64,000 nt of DNA from Callorhinchus milii (GCF_018977255.1 NW_024704743.1:29948001-30012000), one strand, 5' to 3'. Shown: positions 49,750 through 62,727, counted from the first letter of the stretch. Notes: a model not told the origin generated them from the letters alone. Numbers and translations are program-made.

Positions 49750-52700
49750 TATCTCTCTCTCTGTGGAAAGCAGCCTGCGAAGGGCAAGGGCTATCTCTGT
49801 GACAAGGGGAGATAGAATTAGAAACACATAAAAGAAAGATGTAACTTTGAAATAGTTGTGTGGAGGGTCAGCACGCTTCCCAGTGGAATTGATATTGATT
49901 CTACTGTATCTATGTATGTGTACAGGGGTGAGGGAATTTACCTCCAGTAAGAAAGTGACCATTAAAAGTGAAAGAGGAGTAGTGGGTAATTTGGTTTTGG
50001 TTCTGTTTGCTAGGCAGAGAAGTAATAACAGTAGTAGTGGTTGGTCCAGGGAAACCCAGAAGTCAGGTTAGGCAGTATGAGCTCGGTGCTGGGCGAACAG
50101 CTGGTTGTGTCTGTTGAGTTTATCGGAGCCACTCTCTGATTTGATGTTGCCATTGTCAATTGAATGTTGTTGTGTTTGACAGGTTGGGTCCGAGGGTTTA
50201 CCAATCGCCAGTCCCTGATTAGTGTTGGTATTACAAGAGTCAGCTAGTTGTCCCTGAGGTTTTTCCAGGGGTTGATCTCTGCTGTGTATTTCGAGGTGTG
50301 TTGTTCGCCTGGACTACTGAGCAGCCCCTGAGTGCATGCTGTGTGGTAAATGTTTTGATCACGTAGATATGTTACTTTGTTATTGTGTTGTTATATGTAG
50401 TATAATTTGATTACAGATTATTAAACCTTGCGTTTCATCTTAAGCAATAAACACTATACTCTTACCACTGCCTTTTGAATTATTAACAATATAGTATGTT
50501 CTAACTATGGTTAGGACGATTATGGCAATGCACTCAATTTATGGTGACCAATCCAGATATGCTGATCAGAGAAATGTCAGAACCTTGGGTCGTAAACCGT
50601 CCAGAGCAGCTGCAGCAGAATTAAGTTCAGATGTAAATCTTTCAACCCTCGCACCTTGAAGTAAGCATGAAGATCATCAATCCAATGTTCATCGACCATG
50701 GAATCTGGCATGAGAACAAGAAATGTTTTCATGGTGGGGGAAAAAGAACCCAGTGAAGCAGAAACTGTCCTTCATCTGCCAGGTATGCAAGAAGACCACA
50801 AAGTACATGCTGTACATATAGTGATCATGCAAAGCAAATAGTAAGCTAAGTTTCAATCATTACATGGGCCTTTGTTCTCTTTGTTACATGAAATAATAGG
50901 GAAACCTCAAGTTTAGGTAGTGAGAATGATTGGTGGTCTAATAAAAACAGAAAGAGGAGTTTTCACCAAGGAATGTCATTTATTGCTTCTGCAGTACAAA
51001 CTTGCACAATGCTGTGTATGGGTGCAAGGTTACTATGTTGGGTCTGCATGTGTAACCCAGTATTAGCCAGTTTGGGATTGCTGTCACTGGAATGGGTGTG
51101 AATCTGGCTGCCCTTAATCCTACATGCTAATAATGGCTCACCTTTTGCTGGTCCATAAATATGGGAATCATTCTTCCACTGTGGGTACAAGTTCGTTAAT
51201 GCAAGAGTTGACTAGATATAGTTTGGGGAAGAGAGGAGATTCAGGGATTGTATAGCGAGTAAGTGAGATTAAGAACAGTCAAAAAATAATACTTTGAATA
51301 AAAATATACAAATATGGAAAGGTTGCAAAGTAATAAATGGAGGGGAATTCTAGATCTGCAAACAGCTTGGAATCCATTGGAGGATATCGCTACAGCGCAG
51401 CATAGCAGATTAAATTTAGCCAATATTTCTTGGTATATATGTCATGCTCCTCTGGCCTCAATTAATCTGATGTTTTTGGCTACCACTCTCATAATATAAA
51501 AATAATCCTTGCATTTGATATGGAGCCTTATCACATTGTCGAGACATTTTGAAGTACTTCACAGGATTTACTGCAAAGTGTTGTGGCTGTATGTATTTTG
51601 TGGTTGAATGCGACAACCAATTTACTTGCGGCAACCAATTTGCGCACAGCAATGTTCCACAAATAATCAACGTGTGTGCGACCAATGTTTTAGGTGGACT
51701 GTTGGTCAGGAAGCTGGGAGAAACTCCCTTCAGTTCTATTCTGCTTATTTTCAAGGAAGTCTTCCATTAGCTCTGAAGGTTTTATTTGACCTGAGGTCAT
51801 CGATTGCCTTTGTCACGTTGTAACTGATGAGGTGTAAGCTGATGCATTTTGTTCACTATTCTGTGAAATCAAGCCTCACTATTACGATTTCAAGTCAAAG
51901 TAGTCCTTATCAGGGTTGACCATATTGGAATTTGTACTATGCTGATTGAAATTGAGTCCGTGCTCCAGGAAAGAAAAACATTTTGTGATGTGATAGCCAG
52001 ATGTGTTATCGTTTTGGTGACTTTATTGTAGCAATATAACCCACATAACAATGCAGCAAGCTCAGCAGCCACCATCAGATCGTTCTGATTTTTATATTTA
52101 AGTGATATCTTAGTGCATTTCAAGTATGTATAGCACATTAAATTTGACAGTTCAAAAAAAACTTTGACAGAAAATGTAAGTTGGATTTTATGCAACAGTG
52201 ATTTTTGTTCAGTACAGTATTACCGCTTCAGCTTTTAAGCTATTCCTTCTCTTTCAGTGCATCTGTGGTTGGTGCAGCACAATGTTTTTGGGTTTTCTTT
52301 CAATCAAGCAAAAGTGGGGGAAAAAATTGGAGCAATGCAGACACTGAGGGATAACAATTTTATTCTTTGATTGCGAAGAGGTAATTCATCACGAGAGGAT
52401 TACTACCTATTGACGTTTTTACATCTGTCTGAAGCCCTAATCATGCAATTGGGGGTGGGGAGGAGATTAGTCTGAGTGAACTTGCCCTTGTTAATACTTG
52501 GACTAATATGCTAGTGCTGTTCGGTTGTTGTTTCCTAGTAACCATAGTTTACACTTGGCACTTAGCACCAATGTTTAATTGGTTCAGGGACAATGATATA
52601 AATATTACCAAGAGGTTCAGAGCTTCTGGTCACGTTTGTAAAACAATTATGTTTTTCAGTTGCTTTGTTTATTTTTTGTTTAACTACAAAAGCAACCTCA

Positions 52701-53838
52701 GGGTGTGTATGAAAACAAATTTAGTACTGCAAGAATAATACGGCAATAACAAACTTCAATGTTTTGCATTGCATTGTGTTATTTTAATAGATATAGACTG
52801 TGCAGGATGTGCTATGGAGAGGAGGAATAATGTGGACACTTGTGGTGCTGGGCTGATTAAGTAGTGTAGTGCAATAGATCAAAGATTTATAGGTCAGTAA
52901 AACTCTTTATTGGAGTGAGTAACTACCTAAATTGAGATTAATCGTGGAGATGTAGCACCAAGGCAATTACAGAAAATTCTGCTATTTATGTTTAAATTTA
53001 AAAGAACAGAATTAATAATTCTTGCATTTGATATCGCGCCTTATTACATCATCGAATCGTCTCAAAATGCTTAACAGGATTTACTGTAAAGTGTAGTTAC
53101 TATATTTTGTAAGTGGACGTGGGAACCAATTTGCACACAAAATCTCACAAACAGCAAGGAGGTTTATGAGCAATTTGGTTTGGGGTGCTCAGGAGAATCT
53201 CCTCTTCACAAATAGTGCCAAGGGATCTTTAACATCCACCTGAACAGGCAGACTGCTAAATGTCTCAACTGAAAAGTCGCATCTCTGCCAATGCAGCATA
53301 CTCCCAGCACTGCACCAGCCGAGAGTGTCAGCCGAGACCAGTGGTAGGCAATTATTTTGGCTGGCGGGCCCCTTCACGAGTTTTGGTAAGCTTCGCGGGC
53401 CACACACTTAATCGAGATGCAAATGTTTAATAATAGCTCAAAATCAAGTCTTACACTTGCACATGCATAAAATAAAGTCTATATAACTGACATTCATTAA
53501 AATTAGGTTAAATAAAAACAATTCATTGAGCAGGCATTTATTCGATATTTATTCATTTATTCACATATTGATGAGAGTGTGAGAAGCTCACTCAATGGGA
53601 AGAATGAAAGCGCTGATGTGAGTTAACCAGACAGTTAAAGTCAGGCATCGTCTCCGTTGTTGCAATGCGGAGTACTGCTGCAAAATGATCATCAGTCATC
53701 ACAGATCTGTGTTTTGATTTATTGAATTTCATCACAGAAAATGTCTCCTCGCATATGTACGTTGATCCAAACAGCACAAGTATCCTCCGGGCATGAGCCT
53801 TTATTTTTGGATAGGTATATTCATTAAGAGAGGCATAA

Positions 53839-54143
53839 GGAGTCCTGTAGTGGTTAGAGCACTCGCTTTGCAAGTGAGAGACCTGAGTTCAATTCCAGGC
53901 AGGGCGAAACCTTGGGCAAGTTTCCTTACTCCACACGCCTAATAATAATCCCTCCAAAAAACAAAACAATAATAAATTGGTCATTTTCAATCCATGACTG
54001 TTTGTGGGACACTGCTGTGCGCAATTGGCTGCCGCGTTCACCCACAAATATACAGTCAATTCACTTTGCAGTATATTCTGTGAAGCGCTTTGGGACGTCC
54101 TCCCAACATGAAAAGCGCTATATCAAATGCAAGGATTATTATT
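53839..54143 (+). mobile_element. Youngest SINE inserted in the transposase
   Basis: Consensus match with a 5 bp A-box deletion; ATAA duplicated at the flanks. Confidence 0.92.
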
Positions 54144-54533
54144 ATAAAAACTGGGAAGCTGCACTGATTTGAATTGCTCCGCAAGCAATGGATCACATGC
54201 AGGTCAATAAGCTCGAGTTGGAGGTCAAATGGGGCTTTGTCAACATCAAGTGAGAAAGGTGAAGAGACCAAAGACAGGTCATTTTTGATCAAATTGAAAT
54301 CCTGGAATCGGCGAGAAAATTCGGCATGTAAGTCAAGTAGTGACTGAGTATACTTTTTAAGGCTTTGATCGCAAACAGTAATCTGCTGCAAAGTTGGAAA
54401 GCGGGCAAACAGCTGATGTGATAAAATAAATAATTTTATCATAAATGACTTGACATTGCAATACAAATTGTGCACAAAGGCCCCCTTCCGTCGCAGTTTT
54501 GAATTGAGTTCATCCATGTGGCCCATGATATCA

Positions 54534-54842
54534 GTGGAGTCCTGTAGCTCAGTGGTTAGGGCACTCGAGAGACCTGAGTTCAATTCCAGGCAGGGCGAAA
54601 CCTTGGGCAAGTTTCCTTACTCCACACGCCTAATAATAATCCCTCCAAAAACCCAAAACAATAATAAATTGGTCATTTTCAATCTACGACTGTTTGTGGG
54701 ACATTGCTGTGCGCAATTGGCTGCCGCGTTCGCCCACAAATGTACAGTCAATTCACTTTACAGTGTGTTCTGTGAAGCGCTTTGGGATGTCCTCCCGACG
54801 TAAAAAGCGCTATATCAAAAATGCAAGGATTATTATTATTAT
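54534..54842 (+). mobile_element. Youngest SINE inserted in the transposase
   Basis: Consensus match with an anticodon-arm deletion; TATCA duplicated at the flanks. Confidence 0.92.
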
Positions 54843-57800
54843 TATCAACGGCAAATGTGAAATCAGAGAGCCCATTCGCATCATTCAGCTGTGGGAAATC
54901 CGAATCTTTTTGTTTCATGTCCAAAAATAAATCAGTCTCTGTTCTCAGTTCCCACACTCTTTTCAAGACCTTTCCTAAACTAAGCCGTCTTACATTCGTG
55001 TGATACAGGACATCCGTGTGCTCGGATTCCGATTGCTCAAGCAGAGTTACAAATTGCCTGTGGTTTAATCCTCTTGCTCAAACGGAGTTGACCACTTTTG
55101 TAACTGTGTCCACGACATTGCTGAGTTTTAGAACACTCTTACAGAGCACCTCTTGGTGGATAATGCAGTGTAGAAAGACAATATTCTATTCTGGATTTGT
55201 TTCTTTGACTTGATCTTGAATTCTTTTCAGTAACCCAACGTTTTTGCCTGTCAGATTTGGGCTTCCATCGGTGGTCACGTTCTCCATTGTTTTCCATTCC
55301 ACTCCTAATTTTAAGATACATTTATTTACTGCCTCCAAAAAGGCTTCTCCAGTATCTTTCATTGACTGCATTGATGCTAATTCTTCTGTGAGCTCAAAAT
55401 GTTTGGTGACACCTTGAATAAAAATGATCAACTGGGCTGTGTCTTTGACATCACAACTCTCATCGAGTGCCAGTGATAAACATGCAAAATTGCTTACTTT
55501 ATTTTGTAACTGCAGGTACAGGTTCTCAAGAGACATCCTCGACACGCCTCACAATAGTTCGCCTTGACAAGCTAATGTTCTCGAACTGTTTTTTCTTGTC
55601 TGGGCATAAAATTGAGGCAGAGTCAACCATACATTGCTCTATAAATTCTCCTTCAGAGAATGGTTTGCTGTTCTTGGCCATTTTGTGCGCAATCACGTAA
55701 TTCACTCTTGTAATCTCATCGTGGGACACAAATTGTTTTATGGAAATGCTTTGCTCTTTTTGCATTTGAACAACCATCTCATCAGCTTTCTTTCCTTTTT
55801 CTTTGGCAGAAACGTTTTTATACTTGCAAGATTGTTAGCTCTCAAAATGGCGATTCAAGTTGTAGTCTTTGAGCACTGCCACACTTCCTTTGCAAATTAA
55901 GCACACATCTGTTCCACCCACACTGGTTAAAAAAAAATTTAGAAGTCCATTCTTTGTTGAATATTGGCCTTCAGCCTCCACTTTCCGCTTCTTTGATAAA
56001 CTCATTTCGAATTAACGTCCTTTTCAGTGAAAAGTATTGCCGCGGTTGCATGTTTGAAAATTTGCCGATCCGTACATTTTTGACGTCAGCCTGATTCAAC
56101 CCTTAAGGAAGTGTGCGCACAACTAAGGCGTGTGATTGGCTGATGTTCCCGGTCAGAATCAAATGCGAAATTTGTGCGACTTTCTGGGACTGAACAAACT
56201 ATAATTTTTTCTATCGCTAGACACAATGACGGGCTGGATAGAATCATTTGGTGGGCCGGATATGGCCCGCGGGCCGTCTTGTGCCCACTCCTGGCCTATA
56301 CTGTTAGCTCAAAGTCCTGATGTGGGCTTGAACTCACAACCTTTTGACTCTGAGGTGAGAATGGTACCCACTGAACCAGCTCAAACGACTTGCAGCTTGC
56401 TGATGTGGCCATTCTTCAGGGGCCCCTCGCTTTCCTCCCGCCTGCCTCCTTTGCTCCCTCTTTCTCAATGTGATCCTCCCCCTTGTCTATTCATTGTCTA
56501 CCTTTTTAAATGGTCGTTTTATGAGTGGGCTTTTGCATATATGACAGATAATGACTAATTTAGCAACTCTGTGGAATATGAAAAACTTTGGTTGTCTTAT
56601 TGCTGTTTGGATTTGTTTCAAGATTGTACCTGCTGCAAACTTTTTGCAGATGGTGGAGTGGCCTGGCTTTATGGGAAATGGGGAAATTTCCCGAGTGCCA
56701 GGGTGAATGGTTCCCGAGAGCCCCAATGATTGGCTCCCAATACTTACCACGCAAAGCCCAACATCTGGGTGAGTGACTGCTTGGACCAGCCAATTTTCGC
56801 CCAAAGTTGTCCTCCCTGATCGATGATAGCTATGATGGGAAATCACCACCTGGATCCCTCTCGGCTGTTTAAACCCTGACAACGTTTTTAAACGCCCTGA
56901 GGGTGTGAATCGATCCGCTCCCCCATTTTACCTCAAAATCTTGAGTCCTTTCGGGGAGCCAGACCGCCACTGTGTGTGGACTTATAAACACTAAATTACC
57001 GACTCTGTAATTAAGTATCTTTATTCCATCAGGCATTACATTGAGAGAGAAAACCGAAACATTAAATTCTGGGAACTGTCCATATGTGTCCTTCAGTGAA
57101 AAAAAATTAATCTGTCTGTTGATTTCAAATGTTTCATTTAAACCAAACTGATTTCTTCTCCTCATACACTGGGTATCCTATTTGATGTGAATACGTTATG
57201 GTTAATACAGTTGCCTAGAGAAACCAATAAATGATTAAATTCTAAGTGCATTGAAATAGGCAGGAAATCGGTGATTTTGAATGGAATTTGTTAAGAAGCA
57301 GTATTTGTCCTCAGCCCTGCACAATCTTCGGGTGAGACGTTAAATCTGCCTGTTCAGTGGATGTTGAGGATCCCATGGCACTATTCGAAAAGACGAGGTA
57401 GTTTCTCCCGGTGTCGTAGTCAAAATCCTCCAAATAAAAAAAAATGGGTTACTCACTGTTTGTGGGACACTGCTGTGTGCAGTTGGCTGGCTGTTAGGAC
57501 AGTCACTACAACAACAACTTGCATTTATATAAACTGTAAACTACACTGTATAGAATATCCTGTGAAGCGATTTGAGACATCTCAACAGTATGCTATATGA
57601 AAGGCAAGGATTATTATTATTTTATAAGCTTTGGTACTGGTAAAATTGCCTTTTGCTGTTGTTTTGTCTATTAACTTTGGTGATTTTATGTTATGTTCCT
57701 CTGTGTAAACTGGTTTTGAAATCCTTATATAATTAGACAATCTTAACCCTATGAATAATTAATAAATGTTTACCGTTCTATGACCAAGACAACCCATTAA

Positions 57801-58349
57801 CTCAATCCGCATATTGACTTTTACATTAAAGACTGGGAAACATCGCAGGTTTTAATCTTTTTTTAACCAGCAATGTGCGTTCACTTTTGTTGATGTTATG
57901 AAGTTGTTATTGTATTTATGAATCTCAGCATGCAAGAAGAGAGGGTTTTACAAATGCTGTTATTAGCATCCAGCAAGTAATTATTCCAAATATCATTTGC
58001 TCTAACAGTTTTCTGTGTGGCAGTTACTTGTTGGTTATTACCCTTATGTCCCTCAAAACAAAGCATGGCAAAACTGACAATACATATTCATACAAATGTT
58101 CATAGACTGTTGACTGTGGATGCCAAGCTGAGGAAGGTGAGGGCAAAGATGGCCAAAAGAAAGGTCTTAAGGCGGGTGGCTTTGCACTTTACAGTAAATT
58201 CGGTGAATGCTTTGTGATGTGAATACCCCCAATGTGAAACTTGTTGTAATAAATGCAAGGATGTCTTATAGCTTAGAGCACTCGTCTCGCAAGCGAGAGG
58301 TCCTGGGTTTGATTCCAGGCATGGCGAAACGTTGGGGCAAGTTTCTCTA

Positions 58350-59107
58350 TAGGTGCTGACAGCATCACCATCCATGGTTGTACACTCCACCTTGCTAAGC
58401 CAGTCCGGAACCTTGACGTCTTGTTTGATCCTCAACTATCCTTTCTACCCCACATTTGTTCCATGACCTGCTCTGCCTTGCCCCACCTCCGCAACATCGC
58501 ACAGCTCCAACACACCTCATACATGCTTTCATCGCATCGAGGCTTGACTATGCAAACTCATTGCTTGTCGGCCTCCCCAACTCTTTCCTCCATAGGCTGC
58601 AGATTGTCCAGAACTCTGCAGCCCGCGTCCTCTCCCACACTAGGCTCCGTAACCCTATCACCCTCATCCTCGCCCGACTCCACTGGCTTCCCATCGCACA
58701 GAGGATACCGTTCAAGATCCTGGTCCTCACATTCAAAGCCCTTCATGGTCTTACTCCCCCCTACCTCTGCGACCTCCTAACCCCCTACCATCCTGCTCGC
58801 TCCCTCTGCTTCATGTCCTCCACCTCAATCGCCCCATTATTGGCGGGTGGGCTTTCTCCCACTCTGCCTCCACCCTCTGGAACTCCACCCTGCAGTCCCT
58901 TCGCCTCGCCCCTTCCCTTGCCTCCTTCAAGACCCATCTCAAGACCCACCTCTTCGACCGTGCTTTCTATCTCCCTGCTTCCCCCACTGCCCTACAGCCT
59001 CCCAACTCCGACCCCCAACTCCGGTCCATAACTCTGTCTGTCCAGCACCTTGGAATGTACTCCCGATGTGAAAGGCGCTATACAAATGTAATTTTGTTGT
59101 TGTTGTT
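58350..59107 (+). mobile_element. L2 3' fragment inserted into an intermediate SINE (head 58260-58349, tail 59110-59367)
   Basis: LIHAFIASRLDYANSLLVGLP...LHWLPIAQRIPFKIL; SINE halves on both sides. Confidence 0.85.
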
Positions 59108-60160
59108 TAGAGTCACTATTAGGACCCTGTTTGTTAGGCGATTGGTAGATCTCTTTTCCGGGCGTAATAATCCCTTCAAAACAAAAAAATTATAAAAATA
59201 AATAATAATCAATTGCTCACTGTTTGTAGGACACTGCTGTGCGCAATTGGCTGCCGTGTTTTGCCCAAAAATATACCATCAATTCATTTTACAGTATATT
59301 ATGTGAAGCTCTTTGAGATCTCTCGAAGATGTGATAAGGTGCTATATCATATGCAAGGATTATTATTTATTGAGTGCATTGTTTATTGGTTTAATGGATT
59401 ACGAGGGGAACGGACAGACAAGGTGGCAGGAAACTTCCTTCAGCAAATAGAATTTCTTCTCCTTCATAGCCACAATAAGGAAAAATATAATAAAGGGAAG
59501 TGTATATAAAAAAAATTGGTGAAGAATTAGAAGCATAAATGCAGCATCAAATGAGTGCTAATATTTCAAGCATCACCAAAAGTGGTGTTATTTTTATTTC
59601 CTACTTCACTCACTCGCCTACAGGATTAATTATATTTCCCGCCCTTTCTTTGTGACCTTGCACAGCACTTGTTATTCAATGAGAGACTGAATTTCAGGTT
59701 TAAACGCTTTATGGTTAGCTAACAAAATAAATGTTCTTGATTGAGTATTTTGTGAATTATGCAATCAATCAAGAAATATTCAATCCAAAAAAACTGAGAA
59801 CCATACTACTGGTTGAACACGGACTTACCTAGGTTTGTGTAAATGTTTAGGTAGGGGCAGGGGGTGCTTCTTGACAGCCCCACAGGCTTGGCGACCACTG
59901 CTCTAGATTCTGGTAGGAAGGGAAAATGGAGAGAGTAAATGAATTTCAAAGCTTCTGATGTAGTACTGCATATCCATTCCACACTTTTGACGAGAAGGGT
60001 TATTGGGATGCAGGATGCGCGTTTAATGCTTAATTGAGTTTAATGTTTGTCAAAAGAAAGACTGTATGTACGCAGAGATATCTCAAAAGCCCCCAAAACT
60101 TATTCAGCCTCCCTCGCTGAAGTTTGGGGTCTTGTCTTTGTGTCTGCCTTTTACCAATGT

Positions 60161-60617
60161 GAAGTTCTATAGCTCAGTGGTTAGAGGACTCCCCTCGCAA
60201 GCGAGAGGACCTGGGTTCGATTCCTAGGCAGGGTGAAATGTTAGGCAAGTTTCCTTACTCCACACTCCTGTGTTTACCTAGCTGTAAGTAGGAACCCGGT
60301 TGTTAGTCCGTTAGCGGATCGCTTTTCCTGGGGTAATAATTCCTTTTTTAAAAAAAAATGTGGTCACTCAATCCACGACTATTTGTGGGACACTGCTGTG
60401 CGTAATTGGCTGCCGCGTTTTGCTCACAAATAACATAACATGTAGGAGCAGGAGTAGGCCATTTGGCCCTTCAAGCCTGCCCCACCATTCAATCATGACT
60501 GATCTTCGAATCTAACTTCATGTACGGTCAAATCACTTTACAGCACCTTCAATTCCTGTGAAGCGCTTTGAGACGTCTCAACGATGTGATAAGGGCTATA
60601 TCAAAGTATTATTATTA
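60161..60617 (+). mobile_element. Intermediate (CORE-like) SINE with a CR1 tail inserted at ~60435-60520
   Basis: CORE-like block at 60241-60300; insert taggagcaggagtaggccatttggccc. Confidence 0.82.
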
Positions 60618-61649
60618 TGTTTCTGTGTCTGTGTTTGTTAGGAGATGGTGGAAACTATCAGTGCGGGTCAAAATAGGAATTTTTTAACATGTATATATGC
60701 ATATATGTATGTGTATGTACATATATATATTTTATTTGTCTCTTTCTGCATGAGGTATTATTCTTTGTAAGTCAAGGTGAGCAACTCTAGTGATGGGAAT
60801 TAGAATTCTTTTTCCTTTTGTCCTCCACGCTGGTAGAAAGCTACCTCCCCCTACGTCAATTATGGCATACATCCAATGTAATGCTGAACTCCCTTTCGAT
60901 TAGAGTAATTAGTGTCCCTTCTCTGCAACGTGTGCTATGTCAGTGGATATTTTGATCTTTCCCACTCATTACCTTTGCAACTCATTTCACAAGATTTGTC
61001 TGGATGAAGAAGGCTCTTTGGCCCCTCTGATCGCATCCCTCCAGAACACCCACCCTACGGTCCCCATCTTGCTGCATCAAGCTACTTTTTAATTTAGTCC
61101 ATTGACGTGCCTCTACCAGCTCTCATGACAACCTGTTCCATGTGGTCGGCCCTGCGACGTCTCACTTGCCACGAGCGTCTCCAGGATGGAGTGAAATTGT
61201 AATTGATTGACAGCGGACACCCAAGTGGCTCAGGGCTGTCAACCAGTGAGGGGTGGAGGAATGGGGAATAAACAAGGGATGTAAATGGAGGAGTCAAATC
61301 AGGATTGATCCATTCACAAACCGCTTCAGGCTGTCAATCACCTTGGTCGGCCAGTAATTGGTCCCTTTCCTGTCCAATGGGAACGGAAAGGGAGGTTGGC
61401 GCCGCCGCTTCTGCTTCTCCACTGGGTGGGAATAGGTTAGGGAATTTCGGTTGGCCTCGGAAGCCACTTAAACCAGACAAAATGGCCGGCTTCGATGTGT
61501 CCGGCTTAAACAGCAGCCACTGCATTTATTCTGAAATTGCCCTTTACAACTCTAAACTTGTGTCTTCTTGTTCTATTGTTATGATGCACCACCAATTTAT
61601 GATCTGGATTTACGTTTTTAATCCCATTAAAAAAATTTTGCACATCTCT

Positions 61650-61830
61650 TTGAAGTCCGCTCTGAGTCGTCTCTCTTGAGACTGAAGAGCCCTAGCTTGT
61701 CTAGTCGTTGCTCATGGTTGATTCCTTTAGCACTGGGGATCATCCTCGTTGCTCTTCTCCTAACTGTCTCTAGGACCTGGGCCGGACCCTTATATCACGG
61801 TGACGTGAACTGTACACACTATTCAAGTTG
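61650..61830 (-). mobile_element. CR1 ORF2 fragment
   Basis: Similar to the CR1 at 23460-23880 (ctgagtcgtctctcttgagactgaagag...gcactggggatcatcctcgttgctcttctc). Confidence 0.65.
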
Positions 61831-62727
61831 AAGAGGCCGGATTGTGAATTACTATTCAATACAGATAATATATTCAATACTATGTCGGCTCAAATTGACC
61901 TGCAAACCCATTAACAGTTGTGCATGAGTGAGGCCAATGTGTGTGTCATAGTGCTTTAGAGTTAGAACAGTGGCAATGTGTAGCCTCATACTGGTGATTC
62001 ACTATCAAGGAATTTCTGATCTTGTCTGGACTCTCATGGGGAGGCAGTGAATAGAGGTGACCCATTTCTCCACAGGAATTGAAGTCTTGGCAGAGTCGGT
62101 CTGTCTCAGTCCATTGGGCATAAATAAAAGGGAAAAAAGGTTAAACTGTTGTTTAATGATAACAATAGTAATAATTCTTGCATTTGATATAAGAGTCTTA
62201 TCAGGTTGTAGAAATGTCCCAAAGCTCTTCACAGAAAATACTGTAAAGTGGTTTGACTGTGTATTTGTGTGCGAGTGGAAGCGGAAACTACCTGAGAAAG
62301 ATAGGGTGATTTGGAAACCAAAAGAGAACTTAAAATCTTGCTGCCTTTTGCTCAAAACCAAGGTTACTACATGTGCAAAGATTAAGTTTCGCTACATTAT
62401 GCTTAATTTATTTTTCGGGCAGTACAGTGTACCAAATAAGGGTTACCTGAATCCATATTCAGGTTCTATACCATATTGTTCATGTTGTAATTGTTTAATT
62501 TCCTTGATTGTATGAAGTGCAGTGACTGGCCAAGCTACAGATACAGGAAATGGGGTTGGTGAGATCAACTTATCTGTCTGATGTATAAATCACACCTCAG
62601 TGCAGTTATTTCTGACCTGCACACAATTTTTTTTATGTCATGTAAAATTTCTTTGAGTGTGCCGAGATACTTTTATATAAAATAATTGGACAAGTTGCTT
62701 GCTTTAAGGAGCTTCACCATTATTAGA

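Larger units (their letters stand above)
53592..56005 (-). pseudogene. hAT transposase pseudo-ORF (~600 codons after removing two SINEs)
   Basis: MSLSKKRKV..VCLICK..DYNLNRHF (zinc finger); KPFSEGEFI; SLALDES; TTDGSPNLTG; HCIIHQE; FGSTYICEETFS; stops and frameshifts. Confidence 0.9.
53339..56293 (-). mobile_element. Near-full-length decayed hAT DNA transposon (Buster/Charlie group, SPIN/OC1/GTF2IRD2-like)
   Basis: Imperfect TIRs CAGTGGTAGGCA / CAGGAGTGGGCA (rc); GCGGGCC subterminal motifs; 8 bp flanks gccgagac / gcctatac. Confidence 0.9.
53012..56381 (-). mobile_element. Old tRNA-Deu-L2 SINE split by the hAT element (tail/body 53012-53338, head 56294-56381)
   Basis: The two halves join colinearly across the 8 bp target site. 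Confidence 0.8.

Noticed and set aside
51380..51430. HSRLNLA, loosely like DCDC2 exon 3 (HSRINVS)
   Set aside because: No flanking similarity or matching splice sites.
56487..56882. 131 aa minus-strand ORF and a short signal-peptide-like plus-strand ORF
   Set aside because: No recognisable domain or exon structure; within chance expectation.
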